From the sequence record OP870146.1: a stretch of DNA of 64,000 bases. The stretch is one strand, 5' to 3'. The notes beneath the pieces were generated by a model that saw nothing but the letters and a program-made list of their open reading frames with translations, was not told the origin of the DNA and did not search any database. The DNA is from Escherichia phage vB_Eco_F27. The position numbers were made by a program, and so were the translations under genes. Below, piece by piece: positions 19,685-28,641 of this stretch; the stretch's first letter is position 1, and each line of letters begins with the position of its first letter.

Positions 19685-21771
19685 TATCCTTGGACAAATT
19701 TAAACGGAACTGATTCTAAATCCATTAAAGATGCTAACAATTTCAAACCTTTAGGTGCACTAGTTTTTTCTACAAATGAGGAGAACGATACCGGCTCAAC
19801 TGATTCGATTTCACCCGTCATAGCAACCACCTCGCCTGTTTCCATGAGAACATCACCATCGTAAATGACAGCTTCATCTAACTGGTCTGAGGACATGACT
19901 TCAGCTTGAATAAATTTAAGGTTGGATTCTAAACCTGCACCAGTGTCAGATGACGCATCTGTAATTTTATTTATCTGCAAGAGAATGCCTCTAGGCAAAA
20001 TAATTTCTTGCTCATTAGGGTGATTACTCAACTGTCCCGGATAAATCACGTTAACTTTATGGGCGCCATCAATAGCCCATCCAACGTTAACACGGATTTG
20101 TTCTGGTGCATGCATAGCTGTTCTTACTTGACTAGGAGAAATAGTAACACCTTCGTCATTATTGTCAATGTTAAGCTCTTTGCGAACTTCTTCAGGAGCA
20201 AGTCCAAGGGCAACGTTCTCTTTAAACCCACCGAAAATAATAGGAGCTAGTGAAGTGGAAACATAGTTTCTGAAATAGAATACCTTATTTTTAACCATTG
20301 CTTCGTAAATAGGCATTCTGATAGACTGAGCTCTATATAACGTTAGTCCTTCAGGTAAACGGTCTCCATTTAAAAACGCCGAATCAAGACCATCAATAGC
20401 GCGTTTAACTTCATCTTCATCTGCAACATCGTAAAAATCTGGTTTATAACGACCTAACAACATATTATTGATATCGGTATACGCAGAAGAGGCATATTCA
20501 CGAATAGCTCGTTTTTCAGCAACAGAGTATTGTTTAGGGTCCCGATTCATTGTTATATTAAAGGTGCCTCTAGCCGATTCTCGTGCATAAGTATACATCA
20601 CATTAGACAAGAACGCTGATTTACGTTGTTTCCAAGTTTTTTCAGATACTTCAGCTAAAACATCGTCGGCCAGTTGGAAATTATCACGTCTAAAATCTTC
20701 AAACCATTCGTCTTTAATAGAGTCTGCAATTTCATTTGCAGCTTCAACAAAAGCAGCTAATGCTTTAACAGATGTTGTTTTTTCAGTTTTAATTTTCTTA
20801 GCAAACTTTTCTAAAGTTGGCTTAATAACACTACCATAAGAAACTTCATCAGCAAATCTAAAGGATTCATCAATACGATTATAAATCTTATTTTCGATAT
20901 CAGCAACTAAAGTGCCTTTTGCTGTGGATGATGCTTGGGCCAGTACGATTTCATATGCTTCAGGAAGTAATTCGGCTGTAGCTGGGCCGCTAACTTCTTT
21001 AGCAGAATTTTCGTATTTCTGGAATAACTCACCTTCTTGGCGGTCAGCTTCTAAAGATTGACTTGCTGCAATAGCACGACGAGAAATTTTAGTACGAGCA
21101 ATAACAGGCTTATCTTTACGTTTTTCTTCTACAGCAGCAATAGAACCAGCGATAGCCGTTTCTTTGGTGACCTTTTCGCCGGTCTTTTTACTCACATAAA
21201 CTTCGCCAACATCAGAATCTACTTTCGCGTACAACTCTGTGTTAATGTTAGGGATGCCTTTAATATCTTCAATGTTGGCATTTTTACGAACCATCATCAC
21301 ATAGGTGTGTTTACCTGTGAATTGATACATTGCCGACAATACTTTAAAACGACCACTGGTTTTAGTAGAAACTAAACGAGCAAGAAGAGTTTGAAGCTGC
21401 TGTCCGCGTCCTTTCAATTTCTTGGTAGGGAATCGGAACAGAACCGCATCCATACGAAGAGCTTTAACCTGTTCATACACTGTATTGAAAATGGTGTTGA
21501 TTGCATCAATAGGAGCAGGACCAAGGCCATTTTTCAATTCAGCTAGATTACCCTTTTCAGACAGACTCATAATAACAACATGAGCGTATTTGTCGCCAAG
21601 TTTAACTTGTTTTACAGCGTCGCCTTCGGAAAGGTAAGAGAATAAACGAACTACAATATTTGTATCGATATCACCAATTTTCCAGACTTGTGGAACTTTA
21701 GCTTTAGGGTTCAAATTGACGACAGGAAGACTGCCTTCAGATTCAAACACTTCATTTAATTGTTCAGACAT
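19684..21771 (-). CDS. alt: Alt mono-ADP-ribosyltransferase
   Basis: ORF track 695 aa; ART-type motifs in the C-terminal half (R...STS...E pattern); position next to gene 30 as in T4. Confidence 0.85.
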   Translation of the reverse strand: MSEQLNEVFESEGSLPVVNLNPKAKVPQVWKIGDIDTNIVVRLFSYLSEGDAVKQVKLGDKYAHVVIMSLSEKGNLAELKNGLGPAPIDAINTIFNTVYEQVKALRMDAVLFRFPTKKLKGRGQQLQTLLARLVSTKTSGRFKVLSAMYQFTGKHTYVMMVRKNANIEDIKGIPNINTELYAKVDSDVGEVYVSKKTGEKVTKETAIAGSIAAVEEKRKDKPVIARTKISRRAIAASQSLEADRQEGELFQKYENSAKEVSGPATAELLPEAYEIVLAQASSTAKGTLVADIENKIYNRIDESFRFADEVSYGSVIKPTLEKFAKKIKTEKTTSVKALAAFVEAANEIADSIKDEWFEDFRRDNFQLADDVLAEVSEKTWKQRKSAFLSNVMYTYARESARGTFNITMNRDPKQYSVAEKRAIREYASSAYTDINNMLLGRYKPDFYDVADEDEVKRAIDGLDSAFLNGDRLPEGLTLYRAQSIRMPIYEAMVKNKVFYFRNYVSTSLAPIIFGGFKENVALGLAPEEVRKELNIDNNDEGVTISPSQVRTAMHAPEQIRVNVGWAIDGAHKVNVIYPGQLSNHPNEQEIILPRGILLQINKITDASSDTGAGLESNLKFIQAEVMSSDQLDEAVIYDGDVLMETGEVVAMTGEIESVEPVSFSSFVEKTSAPKGLKLLASLMDLESVPFKFVQG

Positions 21772-21811
21772 AGTGTTTTCCTTTTAGTAATAATTTATAT
21801 TTATGCCAAAA

Positions 21812-21827
21812 AGAGCCCGAAGGCTCT
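21812..21827 (-). terminator. UUCG hairpin between the 62-aa ORF and alt
   Basis: Minus strand AGAGCC-UUCG-GGCUCU followed by UUUUGGCAUAAAUAUAAAUUA. Confidence 0.45.
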
Positions 21828-22015
21828 TAATCCACAATCGGAAGCAAAGTACGATAAACTTCAAAATTAGAGCCTTTTTCGTACTTATCGAAATTGTCCA
21901 TAAAAATATGATAGGAATCGTTATTAGGAAAATCTAATATAATCTGAGAGCAAGAGGTGGAAACATCTCCACCATCCTTCTTAGCTACAATAACTGTTTC
22001 TAAATAAGCTTTCAT
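21827..22015 (-). CDS. hypothetical small protein, 62 aa, coupled to gene 30
   Basis: ATG overlaps the gene 30 stop (TAATG); ORF track frame trimmed to MKAYLETV... Confidence 0.4.
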   Translation of the reverse strand: MKAYLETVIVAKKDGGDVSTSCSQIILDFPNNDSYHIFMDNFDKYEKGSNFEVYRTLLPIVD

Positions 22016-23508
22016 TATAAACCTGTCTGGGACCACGGTCCAAATACGTCTTCAAACGAATCCGCTTCTGTTTTATCAAAACGGAACCCTTTAATAATTG
22101 GGAGGAAAATACCTACAGTGCCTTCACGTCCTTTAGAATGAACCCAACCATTGCATTCACAATCAGCAATACGTCCAATCAATTTACCTTCACGAGCTTC
22201 GGTCATTAATCGTTCACGGTCCAAATCATGTCGCTCATCTAAAGGAATAAGAACCTTTACACCATCAACTGTTTTATGAGTTGTATCTTTAAACCCTGAA
22301 CCACAATCGGTTGTAATACGACGACAACGTGATACGAGTTCGACACCACCTAATTTGTTAGGGTCTTTAGAGTGTTCATAGTATCCTACAACTTCTAAAG
22401 CGATATCAATAACTTCTTTAAATTTAATTAGGTTCTTAGAACGTTTGTTTTCCCAATATGAATCACGGTTTTTAAGGATAATACCTTCAAGACCTTGGTC
22501 AACATATTTTTTATAAACCACTTTAGCTTCGTCAAGATTACGAACTAACTGATTTTCAATTGGCTCAATTCGTTTAAAGCCTTCAGCCATATTTTCAAGA
22601 GCAGCAAAACGAACATCGTATTTCTGACCTTTAATTTTGCCATCAGAATAGACTTCATCTAAAGGAACATAGTCCCAGGCTTGAAGAACCATACCTTCAG
22701 CTTCTTTAGGAGAAATAGTCCCTTGAAGAGATTTATTTGCTAAACCGTTTGAAGTGCTACGGTCTGCAACTTGTACTTCTTCGGATTCTTCATTATCACC
22801 AAATAAGAACGACAGGTCATTTCCTGAGCTCACAGCCTTTTTAATATCGAATGAATGATAAACTAATTCACCGTCGATTAAAACCCCATTAGGGTGTCTT
22901 TCACGAGCTTCTTTAGTCATTTCCATTAGTTCATCCGCTAATAGGGTAAGACCATGGTATTCATTACCAGCACGAGAAAAGAATTGAACACCATCATCGC
23001 GAACTTCAGCGAAACAACGAGCACCATCTGCTTTTAATTGAGCAAATGCAGGCCATTTAATATTTTTAGTAATCAATTTCTCATCATATGCAGATGCTAA
23101 CATCTGTGGTTGCAATTGAATAAGTCCAGGCCACACCTTATTCGCGATAGACACTGAAGCACCTACTTCAAGGTCGCGCATCATTACACGACGAAGGACT
23201 TCTACATCATCGGGTTTACCATCAGCGATATAACCCATGAGCTCTTTAATTGCAGCATTACCAGTGAGTTTACGAGTAGCTAATGTGAACTCAATAAAAT
23301 CCAACATGTCATCTAATTCAAGAAGTCCATACGCTTGAGACCTTTCACCTGGTCCTGGCCATTTCTTAATATAATACTGGATACCACGTGCATATGTTAA
23401 ACGATACACACGTTCAAGTAATTTGTTGTCCTTATTTTTCTTAAGGATTTCTTGTTTTGTTTTAGTAGAACCGATCGCAGCTATTTGGTTTAAAATATCT
23501 AAAATCAT
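22015..23508 (-). CDS. 30: DNA ligase gp30
   Basis: ORF track 497 aa; translation (MILDILNQIAAIGSTKTKQEILKKNKDNKLLERVYRLTYARGIQYYIKK...) recognised as T4 DNA ligase. Confidence 0.95.
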   Translation of the reverse strand: MILDILNQIAAIGSTKTKQEILKKNKDNKLLERVYRLTYARGIQYYIKKWPGPGERSQAYGLLELDDMLDFIEFTLATRKLTGNAAIKELMGYIADGKPDDVEVLRRVMMRDLEVGASVSIANKVWPGLIQLQPQMLASAYDEKLITKNIKWPAFAQLKADGARCFAEVRDDGVQFFSRAGNEYHGLTLLADELMEMTKEARERHPNGVLIDGELVYHSFDIKKAVSSGNDLSFLFGDNEESEEVQVADRSTSNGLANKSLQGTISPKEAEGMVLQAWDYVPLDEVYSDGKIKGQKYDVRFAALENMAEGFKRIEPIENQLVRNLDEAKVVYKKYVDQGLEGIILKNRDSYWENKRSKNLIKFKEVIDIALEVVGYYEHSKDPNKLGGVELVSRCRRITTDCGSGFKDTTHKTVDGVKVLIPLDERHDLDRERLMTEAREGKLIGRIADCECNGWVHSKGREGTVGIFLPIIKGFRFDKTEADSFEDVFGPWSQTGL

Positions 23509-23774
23509 TTGATGTCCTCGATTTTGGTTACGGTTCTATTATAAGCCACTTCATCTAGAAGCGATTTCAGCGTTTTCTGATAAGTGGTAATCCATTTACC
23601 GAGACCTTCAACATAATATTCTGAAATGTAGATGAACCCTTGTTCAACACACTCTTTAAATATTTCTGCGTCTTTTACTGAACGAAACAATGGCCAATCT
23701 CGAAAGAACATGTTAACGTGACCGTAGTCACGCGTTGTGTTTTTGCCATCTGTAATATCATGAACTACAAACAT
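23505..23774 (-). CDS. hypothetical protein (30.1 position)
   Basis: ORF track 89 aa; ATGA coupling. Confidence 0.5.
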   Translation of the reverse strand: MFVVHDITDGKNTTRDYGHVNMFFRDWPLFRSVKDAEIFKECVEQGFIYISEYYVEGLGKWITTYQKTLKSLLDEVAYNRTVTKIEDIK

Positions 23775-23783
23775 AATTAACCC

Positions 23784-24599
23784 TTAACAATTTATAGACC
23801 AAGTCCATTTAGACGAATCTAAAGGAAAGTTTTGAATCGTCCACCATGGCTGCATATCGGTTGGTCCTGGAGTTCGCCAGGTATACGGATTCGACGGAGC
23901 GCCGATTTGATTAGGCCATGCGCCTGGACTTGTTGTACCAGATTCTTTAAGCAAATCCGCCAATCGTTTTAAAAGGTCTTCACGATCTGAATCTGAATTA
24001 TGCTCTGGTGGAACCAAACGAGATTCAATATCATCCCACGTGTGTACACGTTGTGCAGTACGAGGAATGGCATCACGTTCACCACGAGCCAACCAATAAA
24101 TCGGTACATTAAGAATTTCTGCTGCATGGTCACAGTGATGAGCTAAATCGTCAACGTAACAAATCACGTTATATTTTGTTTTAGCTAGTTCGAATAATTG
24201 TTCCTTTGAAGAATCATGACCACACATCATTACTTCAGAGAAAGCGCCTGGGAACAAAGCATTCAAATTAAATTGTCTATTCAATCGAGCATCAATTGAA
24301 TCACCTAGCGCCGTCACAGCTACAAAATTATAGTCTTCTTTTAGTTTATTGATAACTCGAAGAGCATCCGAATAAGGCGCTAAGTAACGAATAAAATCAG
24401 AGCGATTATATTTTTCTATTAATTGTTTACCGAGATTATCGTCGGTATTGAATAGTTTACCAGGAGAAATAAATTTTTCGTCCTGAATCATTTTTAAAAT
24501 ATGTTCTAATGGAAGATTATATTTTTGGGCAAAATAAGGAAGTCCAGATTGCCAGCTTAAACATACACCATCAATATCAGTCAAAATAGTAGGCTTCAT
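23784..24599 (-). CDS. HAD-like hydrolase-fold protein (30.2 position)
   Basis: ORF track 271 aa; N-terminal DxDxV motif (ILTDIDGVCL) typical of HAD phosphatases. Confidence 0.5.
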   Translation of the reverse strand: MKPTILTDIDGVCLSWQSGLPYFAQKYNLPLEHILKMIQDEKFISPGKLFNTDDNLGKQLIEKYNRSDFIRYLAPYSDALRVINKLKEDYNFVAVTALGDSIDARLNRQFNLNALFPGAFSEVMMCGHDSSKEQLFELAKTKYNVICYVDDLAHHCDHAAEILNVPIYWLARGERDAIPRTAQRVHTWDDIESRLVPPEHNSDSDREDLLKRLADLLKESGTTSPGAWPNQIGAPSNPYTWRTPGPTDMQPWWTIQNFPLDSSKWTWSINC

Positions 24600-25063
24600 A
24601 AAGAGTCTCTTAATAGGTTTAACACATCAACAAATTCAGCTTCGGTTAGTATTGTATCATCTTTTGTTAGACCACTAGCCATGCTGTGCTTCAAAATTTT
24701 TCCTTTAGAGGCTTGTAAGGCATCACGAAACCCCTTGTTTTGGATCGCGGCTTCAAAATATGCATTTGTGTATAATTCTTTCCACGCTTCGGAGTATCTT
24801 GAAAATGGAACTCCTAACCAGAAGAGAGTCCCACGGTCCTGAGCTCTTGCATAAGACCTTCCAGCTTGCTGTGCAGCCAATCCAGACAACCTAAATATAC
24901 GTCTTTGTTGTTCAATATTTTTCACCTTACATCCTTGGAGAAATCCTTCAAGACCTCCGAATTGAATACCATCCATAACAAAAGGCCATTGAGCAAAGTT
25001 ACTTAATGCACATGACGGCCATTTGAAATTACTTCTTATTTCTAATTCAGACATCTTTAACAC
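24596..25063 (-). CDS. NADAR/YbiA (DUF1768)-like protein (30.3 position)
   Basis: ORF track 155 aa; motif LSNFAQWPFVMDGIQFGGLEGFLQGCKV resembles YbiA-family SNF...WP...DG...E..Q..K signature. Confidence 0.5.
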   Translation of the reverse strand: MLKMSELEIRSNFKWPSCALSNFAQWPFVMDGIQFGGLEGFLQGCKVKNIEQQRRIFRLSGLAAQQAGRSYARAQDRGTLFWLGVPFSRYSEAWKELYTNAYFEAAIQNKGFRDALQASKGKILKHSMASGLTKDDTILTEAEFVDVLNLLRDSL

Positions 25064-25265
25064 TTATAATTTCAACATCAGCCCAATGTCCGTATCCAGG
25101 TATACGGTCTTCGATAGATAAATTTCTGTCATTTTTAGGCATTTTAATTGACGTAACGTATGGTTCTAAACGGTTTTCCGCGTAATATGGAAAAACGTCG
25201 GTTACACGATAAGTAACTTCAATCATTTCCGTACCAAACAATTTCTGGATTAATTTATTCAACAT
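25047..25265 (-). CDS. hypothetical protein
   Basis: ORF track 72 aa; 30.x cluster. Confidence 0.4.
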   Translation of the reverse strand: MLNKLIQKLFGTEMIEVTYRVTDVFPYYAENRLEPYVTSIKMPKNDRNLSIEDRIPGYGHWADVEIISVKDV

Positions 25266-25452
25266 GTTTCAACCCTTTAATAGGAGATAACTCTTTACCC
25301 ATACGTATGTCAGAAGTCCCATCAACCCATTGAACAGCATACGCTTCATTGATAATTCCAGCGGCAGTTTTAAATTCGTTGAGAACTTTAAAAATCATCC
25401 CAGGGATTCCAACACCTTTTAATTGGACTGTTTGTGCTATTAAAAATTTCAT
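25255..25452 (-). CDS. hypothetical protein
   Basis: ORF track 65 aa; 30.x cluster. Confidence 0.4.
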   Translation of the reverse strand: MKFLIAQTVQLKGVGIPGMIFKVLNEFKTAAGIINEAYAVQWVDGTSDIRMGKELSPIKGLKHVE

Positions 25453-25506
25453 ATTTTTCCACTTACTAAAGAAATCATTATACTCTAATCCGTCCTTGGA
25501 TGTACA

Positions 25507-26121
25507 CTACTTAATGAAATTAATTTCTACCGGATGAACAACAGGTTGAGCAGTGATATATTGAGTAATTGCTTTCATGACTAGAGCTTCAGAGCCAGGA
25601 TTTTTCTCAACGAATTCACGTGCTTGGTTATGAGCTTCAAGTTCACTTAGTAAACCACTTCGTTGACATCCACGGTCTTGAGTACCCTGTTCAGATAAAA
25701 AGGCGACGATGTATTTTTCATCGTCATACGGTTTAGACGGTTGAGCAAATGTTCCTTTACTTCCAAAAGGAGAGTTATGACGCCACATCACGCCGTTAGG
25801 AGTTTCAACCTTCGTATATTCGTGCGGGCCATTTTTCTTAGTTTCTTGATGTGGAACTTCATGGACCTTAGGGTTAGGACATTCAATAAAATGCTCATCT
25901 AAATCAGTCGAGAATATTAAAGTAAAACAATTACTAAATTTACCAACACCTGCCTGATAAATTTTACCTTCAGACGTTCTAATTTCACAAACCGAGCCAG
26001 CATCAGTAACTTCTAAAACTTCAAAAGGCTCGATAAGATCATATGAGAACATGTTTTTAAGGCGTGGAGTAATATCCCCATTTTTAAAATTCATTTTATA
26101 AAAAGTATTAACTTTAAACAT
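25507..26121 (-). CDS. hypothetical protein, 204 aa
   Basis: ORF track frame; start placed at MFKVNTFYK with GAGGAAA RBS directly after a GGGAGC-UUCG-GCUCCC hairpin. Confidence 0.5.
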   Translation of the reverse strand: MFKVNTFYKMNFKNGDITPRLKNMFSYDLIEPFEVLEVTDAGSVCEIRTSEGKIYQAGVGKFSNCFTLIFSTDLDEHFIECPNPKVHEVPHQETKKNGPHEYTKVETPNGVMWRHNSPFGSKGTFAQPSKPYDDEKYIVAFLSEQGTQDRGCQRSGLLSELEAHNQAREFVEKNPGSEALVMKAITQYITAQPVVHPVEINFIK

Positions 26122-26156
26122 AATTTCCTCAGTGGGAGCCGAAGCTCCCAATTAAT

Positions 26157-26522
26157 TTAGATATCAAATTCGTTAAGAACTACATCAAAGATTGCTTCGA
26201 GATGTTCAGGTTTAGCTCGGTTACTCAGGATATGACGAATCCAAGTTTTAACCAGAAGTTTACGATTAACACCATTCCAGCAAGGATGAGTACCTAAATC
26301 ACGCTGACGGAAATCATCATCTAATGCAATTTTAAAATTTGAACCTTCCATCGTGATTGAAACCGTGATACCATTTTCAAATCGCATATAAACGTAATTA
26401 GGAGTCATGCACTGTTCGATTTCACAAACTGTACCGTTTTCGTGTTTCCATAAGCAAATAACTTCAGAAGAACCAGCAATACCGTTAGAAACATATTTAC
26501 GTTCGAAGTTGGTGTAGTTCAT
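26157..26522 (-). CDS. hypothetical protein
   Basis: ORF track 121 aa; early-type promoter 26564-26592. Confidence 0.5.
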   Translation of the reverse strand: MNYTNFERKYVSNGIAGSSEVICLWKHENGTVCEIEQCMTPNYVYMRFENGITVSITMEGSNFKIALDDDFRQRDLGTHPCWNGVNRKLLVKTWIRHILSNRAKPEHLEAIFDVVLNEFDI

Positions 26523-26563
26523 TTTATTCTCCAGATGTTTAAGTTGTTTGTTGGTACAGGTCT

Positions 26564-26592
26564 ATAATAACATAACCTGTACCAAAGTAAAC
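26564..26592 (-). promoter_or_regulatory. T4 early-type promoter
   Basis: GTTTACtttggtacaggttatgtTATTAT on minus strand. Confidence 0.5.
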
Positions 26593-26596
26593 TGGT

Positions 26597-26965
26597 TTAT
26601 GCAACTTTAATCCAATTGTCTAAATTTAAAACACCTTTGGCTTTCATTTTTTCTATCAGGTTATCTGCTGTAATGCGTCCATTTTGATACCATGTAACAT
26701 CTTCAGAGTAACCAGTTTCTTCGTCAACATATGTTTCTGAACGAATTTTACCGGTAATAATAGTTTTTAATTCGTATGTGTCACCTGTGAAAAAGTTTGC
26801 TAACACAATTTTCCAAGAGAAATCATCAGAAGGACCTTCAGGGGTCATACAACCTACGAACTCAAATTGCTCTTTGTATAACATCCACTGGAATTCTTTA
26901 ATTTCGATAGCTTTATAACCATCGTGGTCTTTACATTTGATGTATGAGTTCAGATTGATTTTCAT
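26597..26965 (-). CDS. hypothetical protein
   Basis: ORF track 122 aa; early-type promoter 27028-27056. Confidence 0.5.
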   Translation of the reverse strand: MKINLNSYIKCKDHDGYKAIEIKEFQWMLYKEQFEFVGCMTPEGPSDDFSWKIVLANFFTGDTYELKTIITGKIRSETYVDEETGYSEDVTWYQNGRITADNLIEKMKAKGVLNLDNWIKVA

Positions 26966-27027
26966 TTTGTTCTCCAGGTTGTTTTATTGATTAGATGGTA
27001 CAAGTCTATAGTAACACATCCTACAGG

Positions 27028-27056
27028 AGAGTAAACATCTTTTTAAACTTTTTCTG
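27028..27056 (-). promoter_or_regulatory. T4 early-type promoter
   Basis: GTTTACtctcctgtaggatgtgtTACTAT on minus strand. Confidence 0.5.
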
Positions 27057-27072
27057 CCCTAAACGCACAAAA

Positions 27073-27090
27073 GGGAGACCGAAGTCTCCC
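27073..27090 (-). terminator. GGGAGAC-UUCG-GUCUCCC hairpin terminator after the 30.9-position gene
   Basis: Same 18-nt hairpin as at 3991; followed by UUUUGUGCGUUU. Confidence 0.55.
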
Positions 27091-27095
27091 TAAAA

Positions 27096-27275
27096 TTATG
27101 CAACAACCTTTCCAAAACGAGAAGCATCATCTCGAAGAACTGCACGTGCTCTGCGCATGATCTTCTCAACTGTTTGATTAATACGAGAGTTCGACCCACG
27201 CTTGTATCCAGCGCGTTTAGAGGTACCATCAACTTTCTTTTCAACTGCTTTCTTTGCTTTAGCTTGTTTTGCCAT
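27096..27275 (-). CDS. small lysine-rich basic protein, 59 aa (30.9 position)
   Basis: Hand translation MAKQAKAKKAVEKKVDGTSKRAGYKRGSNSRINQTVEKIMRRARAVLRDDASRFGKVVA; stop followed by UUCG hairpin terminator; the ORF-track call 27059..27244 is a TTG-initiated alternative frame. Confidence 0.5.
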   Translation of the reverse strand: MAKQAKAKKAVEKKVDGTSKRAGYKRGSNSRINQTVEKIMRRARAVLRDDASRFGKVVA

Positions 27276-27569
27276 TATAAATTCTCTTTAAATGAAAATG
27301 CAGGACTTATTGACATTGCCTGCGCAAGCCCTCAATGGGAACATAGGTTTTGGATATTTAACGACAGGATAACCATAAACCCGTCATCATACCAACCACG
27401 ACTTAGACAGATAACCTTTTTCTGACGCGTGATAGTACAAAATACATTCAAGAGGTACACCGTAAAACTGTCGGGGTCTTAAAACTATAATGATTCGCAA
27501 ATCATTAATCAGACAGTTCGACGGCTCCTCGATTTTCTAGCCGCACTAAGGTAGCGAATCACCTAAAAC

Positions 27570-27818
27570 TTATTTAAGGGTAATAACAAAATGACGTACT
27601 GCTTTACGAGCGGCTGAAGCCAGAGGCTTAGCATATTTCAGTTCATCTTTTGCTTCCAGTTCAGAGGCCAAAGCTGCCTGTACCGGGTTCAGATGTTTGA
27701 AATATCGCAGGATTTCCAGTGCTTCGGCTTCAACATCAATCGACGCGCCGTAGTTTTCGTGACCGTTATTCCATGCGTTGCGTTGCAGTTCAAGAGCGTG
27801 TTGTAATTGTTTAATCAT
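27570..27818 (-). CDS. rIII: rIII lysis inhibition accessory protein
   Basis: ORF track 82 aa; translation (MIKQLQHALELQRNAWNNGHENYGASIDVEAEALEILRYF...) recognised as T4 RIII. Confidence 0.9.
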   Translation of the reverse strand: MIKQLQHALELQRNAWNNGHENYGASIDVEAEALEILRYFKHLNPVQAALASELEAKDELKYAKPLASAARKAVRHFVITLK

Positions 27819-27934
27819 TTTAAATTCTCAATTCGAGATAATATTTAGTAGCCACGTTCGTCTGAATTTCACCTTCTTTCGACAAGTCTCTCAGTTGTAG
27901 GCTACCGCTTAGAAGAGTGTTCTCTTCATATAGT

Positions 27935-27942
27935 TATTTATA
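27935..27942 (-). promoter_or_regulatory. late promoter TATAAATA (rIII)
   Basis: Minus-strand TATAAATA downstream of gene 31 stop, upstream of rIII. Confidence 0.5.
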
Positions 27943-28275
27943 TCACTTATAAAGACACGGAATAGCTTTATAGTGGCATGTTACGAATTTCTGTTTAATT
28001 TCTTTAGGTTGTTTAAGTCCTAAAGCCACAAATGGATGTGGAACATTTCGAATTTGACCAACTGGTAGTGGAGTCAAATCACCGACTTCAGCAAAACCTT
28101 CAGGAACATCAGGACCTACAGAATGAACTACACATAGTTCAGGAACTTCACCTTGAACACGTTTACCAATCACAAGTCCTGATTCGGTAACTTCTTCATC
28201 ACCTGCTTGAGCGGGTTCAGAAACCAGAATGACATATTCACCAACAGCACGAATTGGGAGTTGTACTTCAGACAT
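27943..28275 (-). CDS. 31: gp31 head assembly co-chaperonin (GroES-like)
   Basis: ORF track 110 aa; translation recognised as T4 gp31. Confidence 0.9.
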   Translation of the reverse strand: MSEVQLPIRAVGEYVILVSEPAQAGDEEVTESGLVIGKRVQGEVPELCVVHSVGPDVPEGFAEVGDLTPLPVGQIRNVPHPFVALGLKQPKEIKQKFVTCHYKAIPCLYK

Positions 28276-28305
28276 CTTATTTCCTTGTTGTTTGACGATA
28301 GATTA

Positions 28306-28330
28306 ATAATACCATACTATTCGTAAAGCA
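28306..28330 (-). promoter_or_regulatory. candidate MotA-dependent middle promoter (gene 31)
   Basis: Minus strand TGCTTTAC, 11 nt, TATTAT upstream of the gene 31 start. Confidence 0.4.
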
Positions 28331-28332
28331 TA

Positions 28333-28641
28333 TTACATAAGAAGCAAACGTTCTACAGGAGTACCATCAACCGAAATTACTTTATCAAGGCGGAAAGAAC
28401 GCCACTGACCTAACTCGGTATCGAATGCTCGAACTGATTCACGAGGTTCAGAACGAACTTCTGTTGATGGGTTACTATTTTCATATTTGACTTCAAGTTC
28501 ATCGCGGGAGGCAAACATCGTACGAACATCACCGTTAGCCTTTTCAAATACAACACAATGAACGCCTACAGACAGAATAGTTTTAATACGTTCACGAAGA
28601 ACCATAGTTTCTTGTTCAGTTAAAATCATATTATTCACCAC
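28333..28641 (-). CDS. hypothetical protein (31.1 position)
   Basis: ORF track 102 aa. Confidence 0.5.
   Translation of the reverse strand: MVNNMILTEQETMVLRERIKTILSVGVHCVVFEKANGDVRTMFASRDELEVKYENSNPSTEVRSEPRESVRAFDTELGQWRSFRLDKVISVDGTPVERLLLM

Noticed and set aside
27059-27244. 61-aa ORF-track call (TTG-initiated) in the 30.9 region
   Set aside because: A different frame with an ATG start, RBS and a lysine-rich product ending at the terminator hairpin is more plausible (27096-27275)
27174-27425. 83-aa plus-strand ORF
   Set aside because: Antisense to 30.9 and running into the non-coding interval; no RBS; plus strand is not the early transcribed strand here
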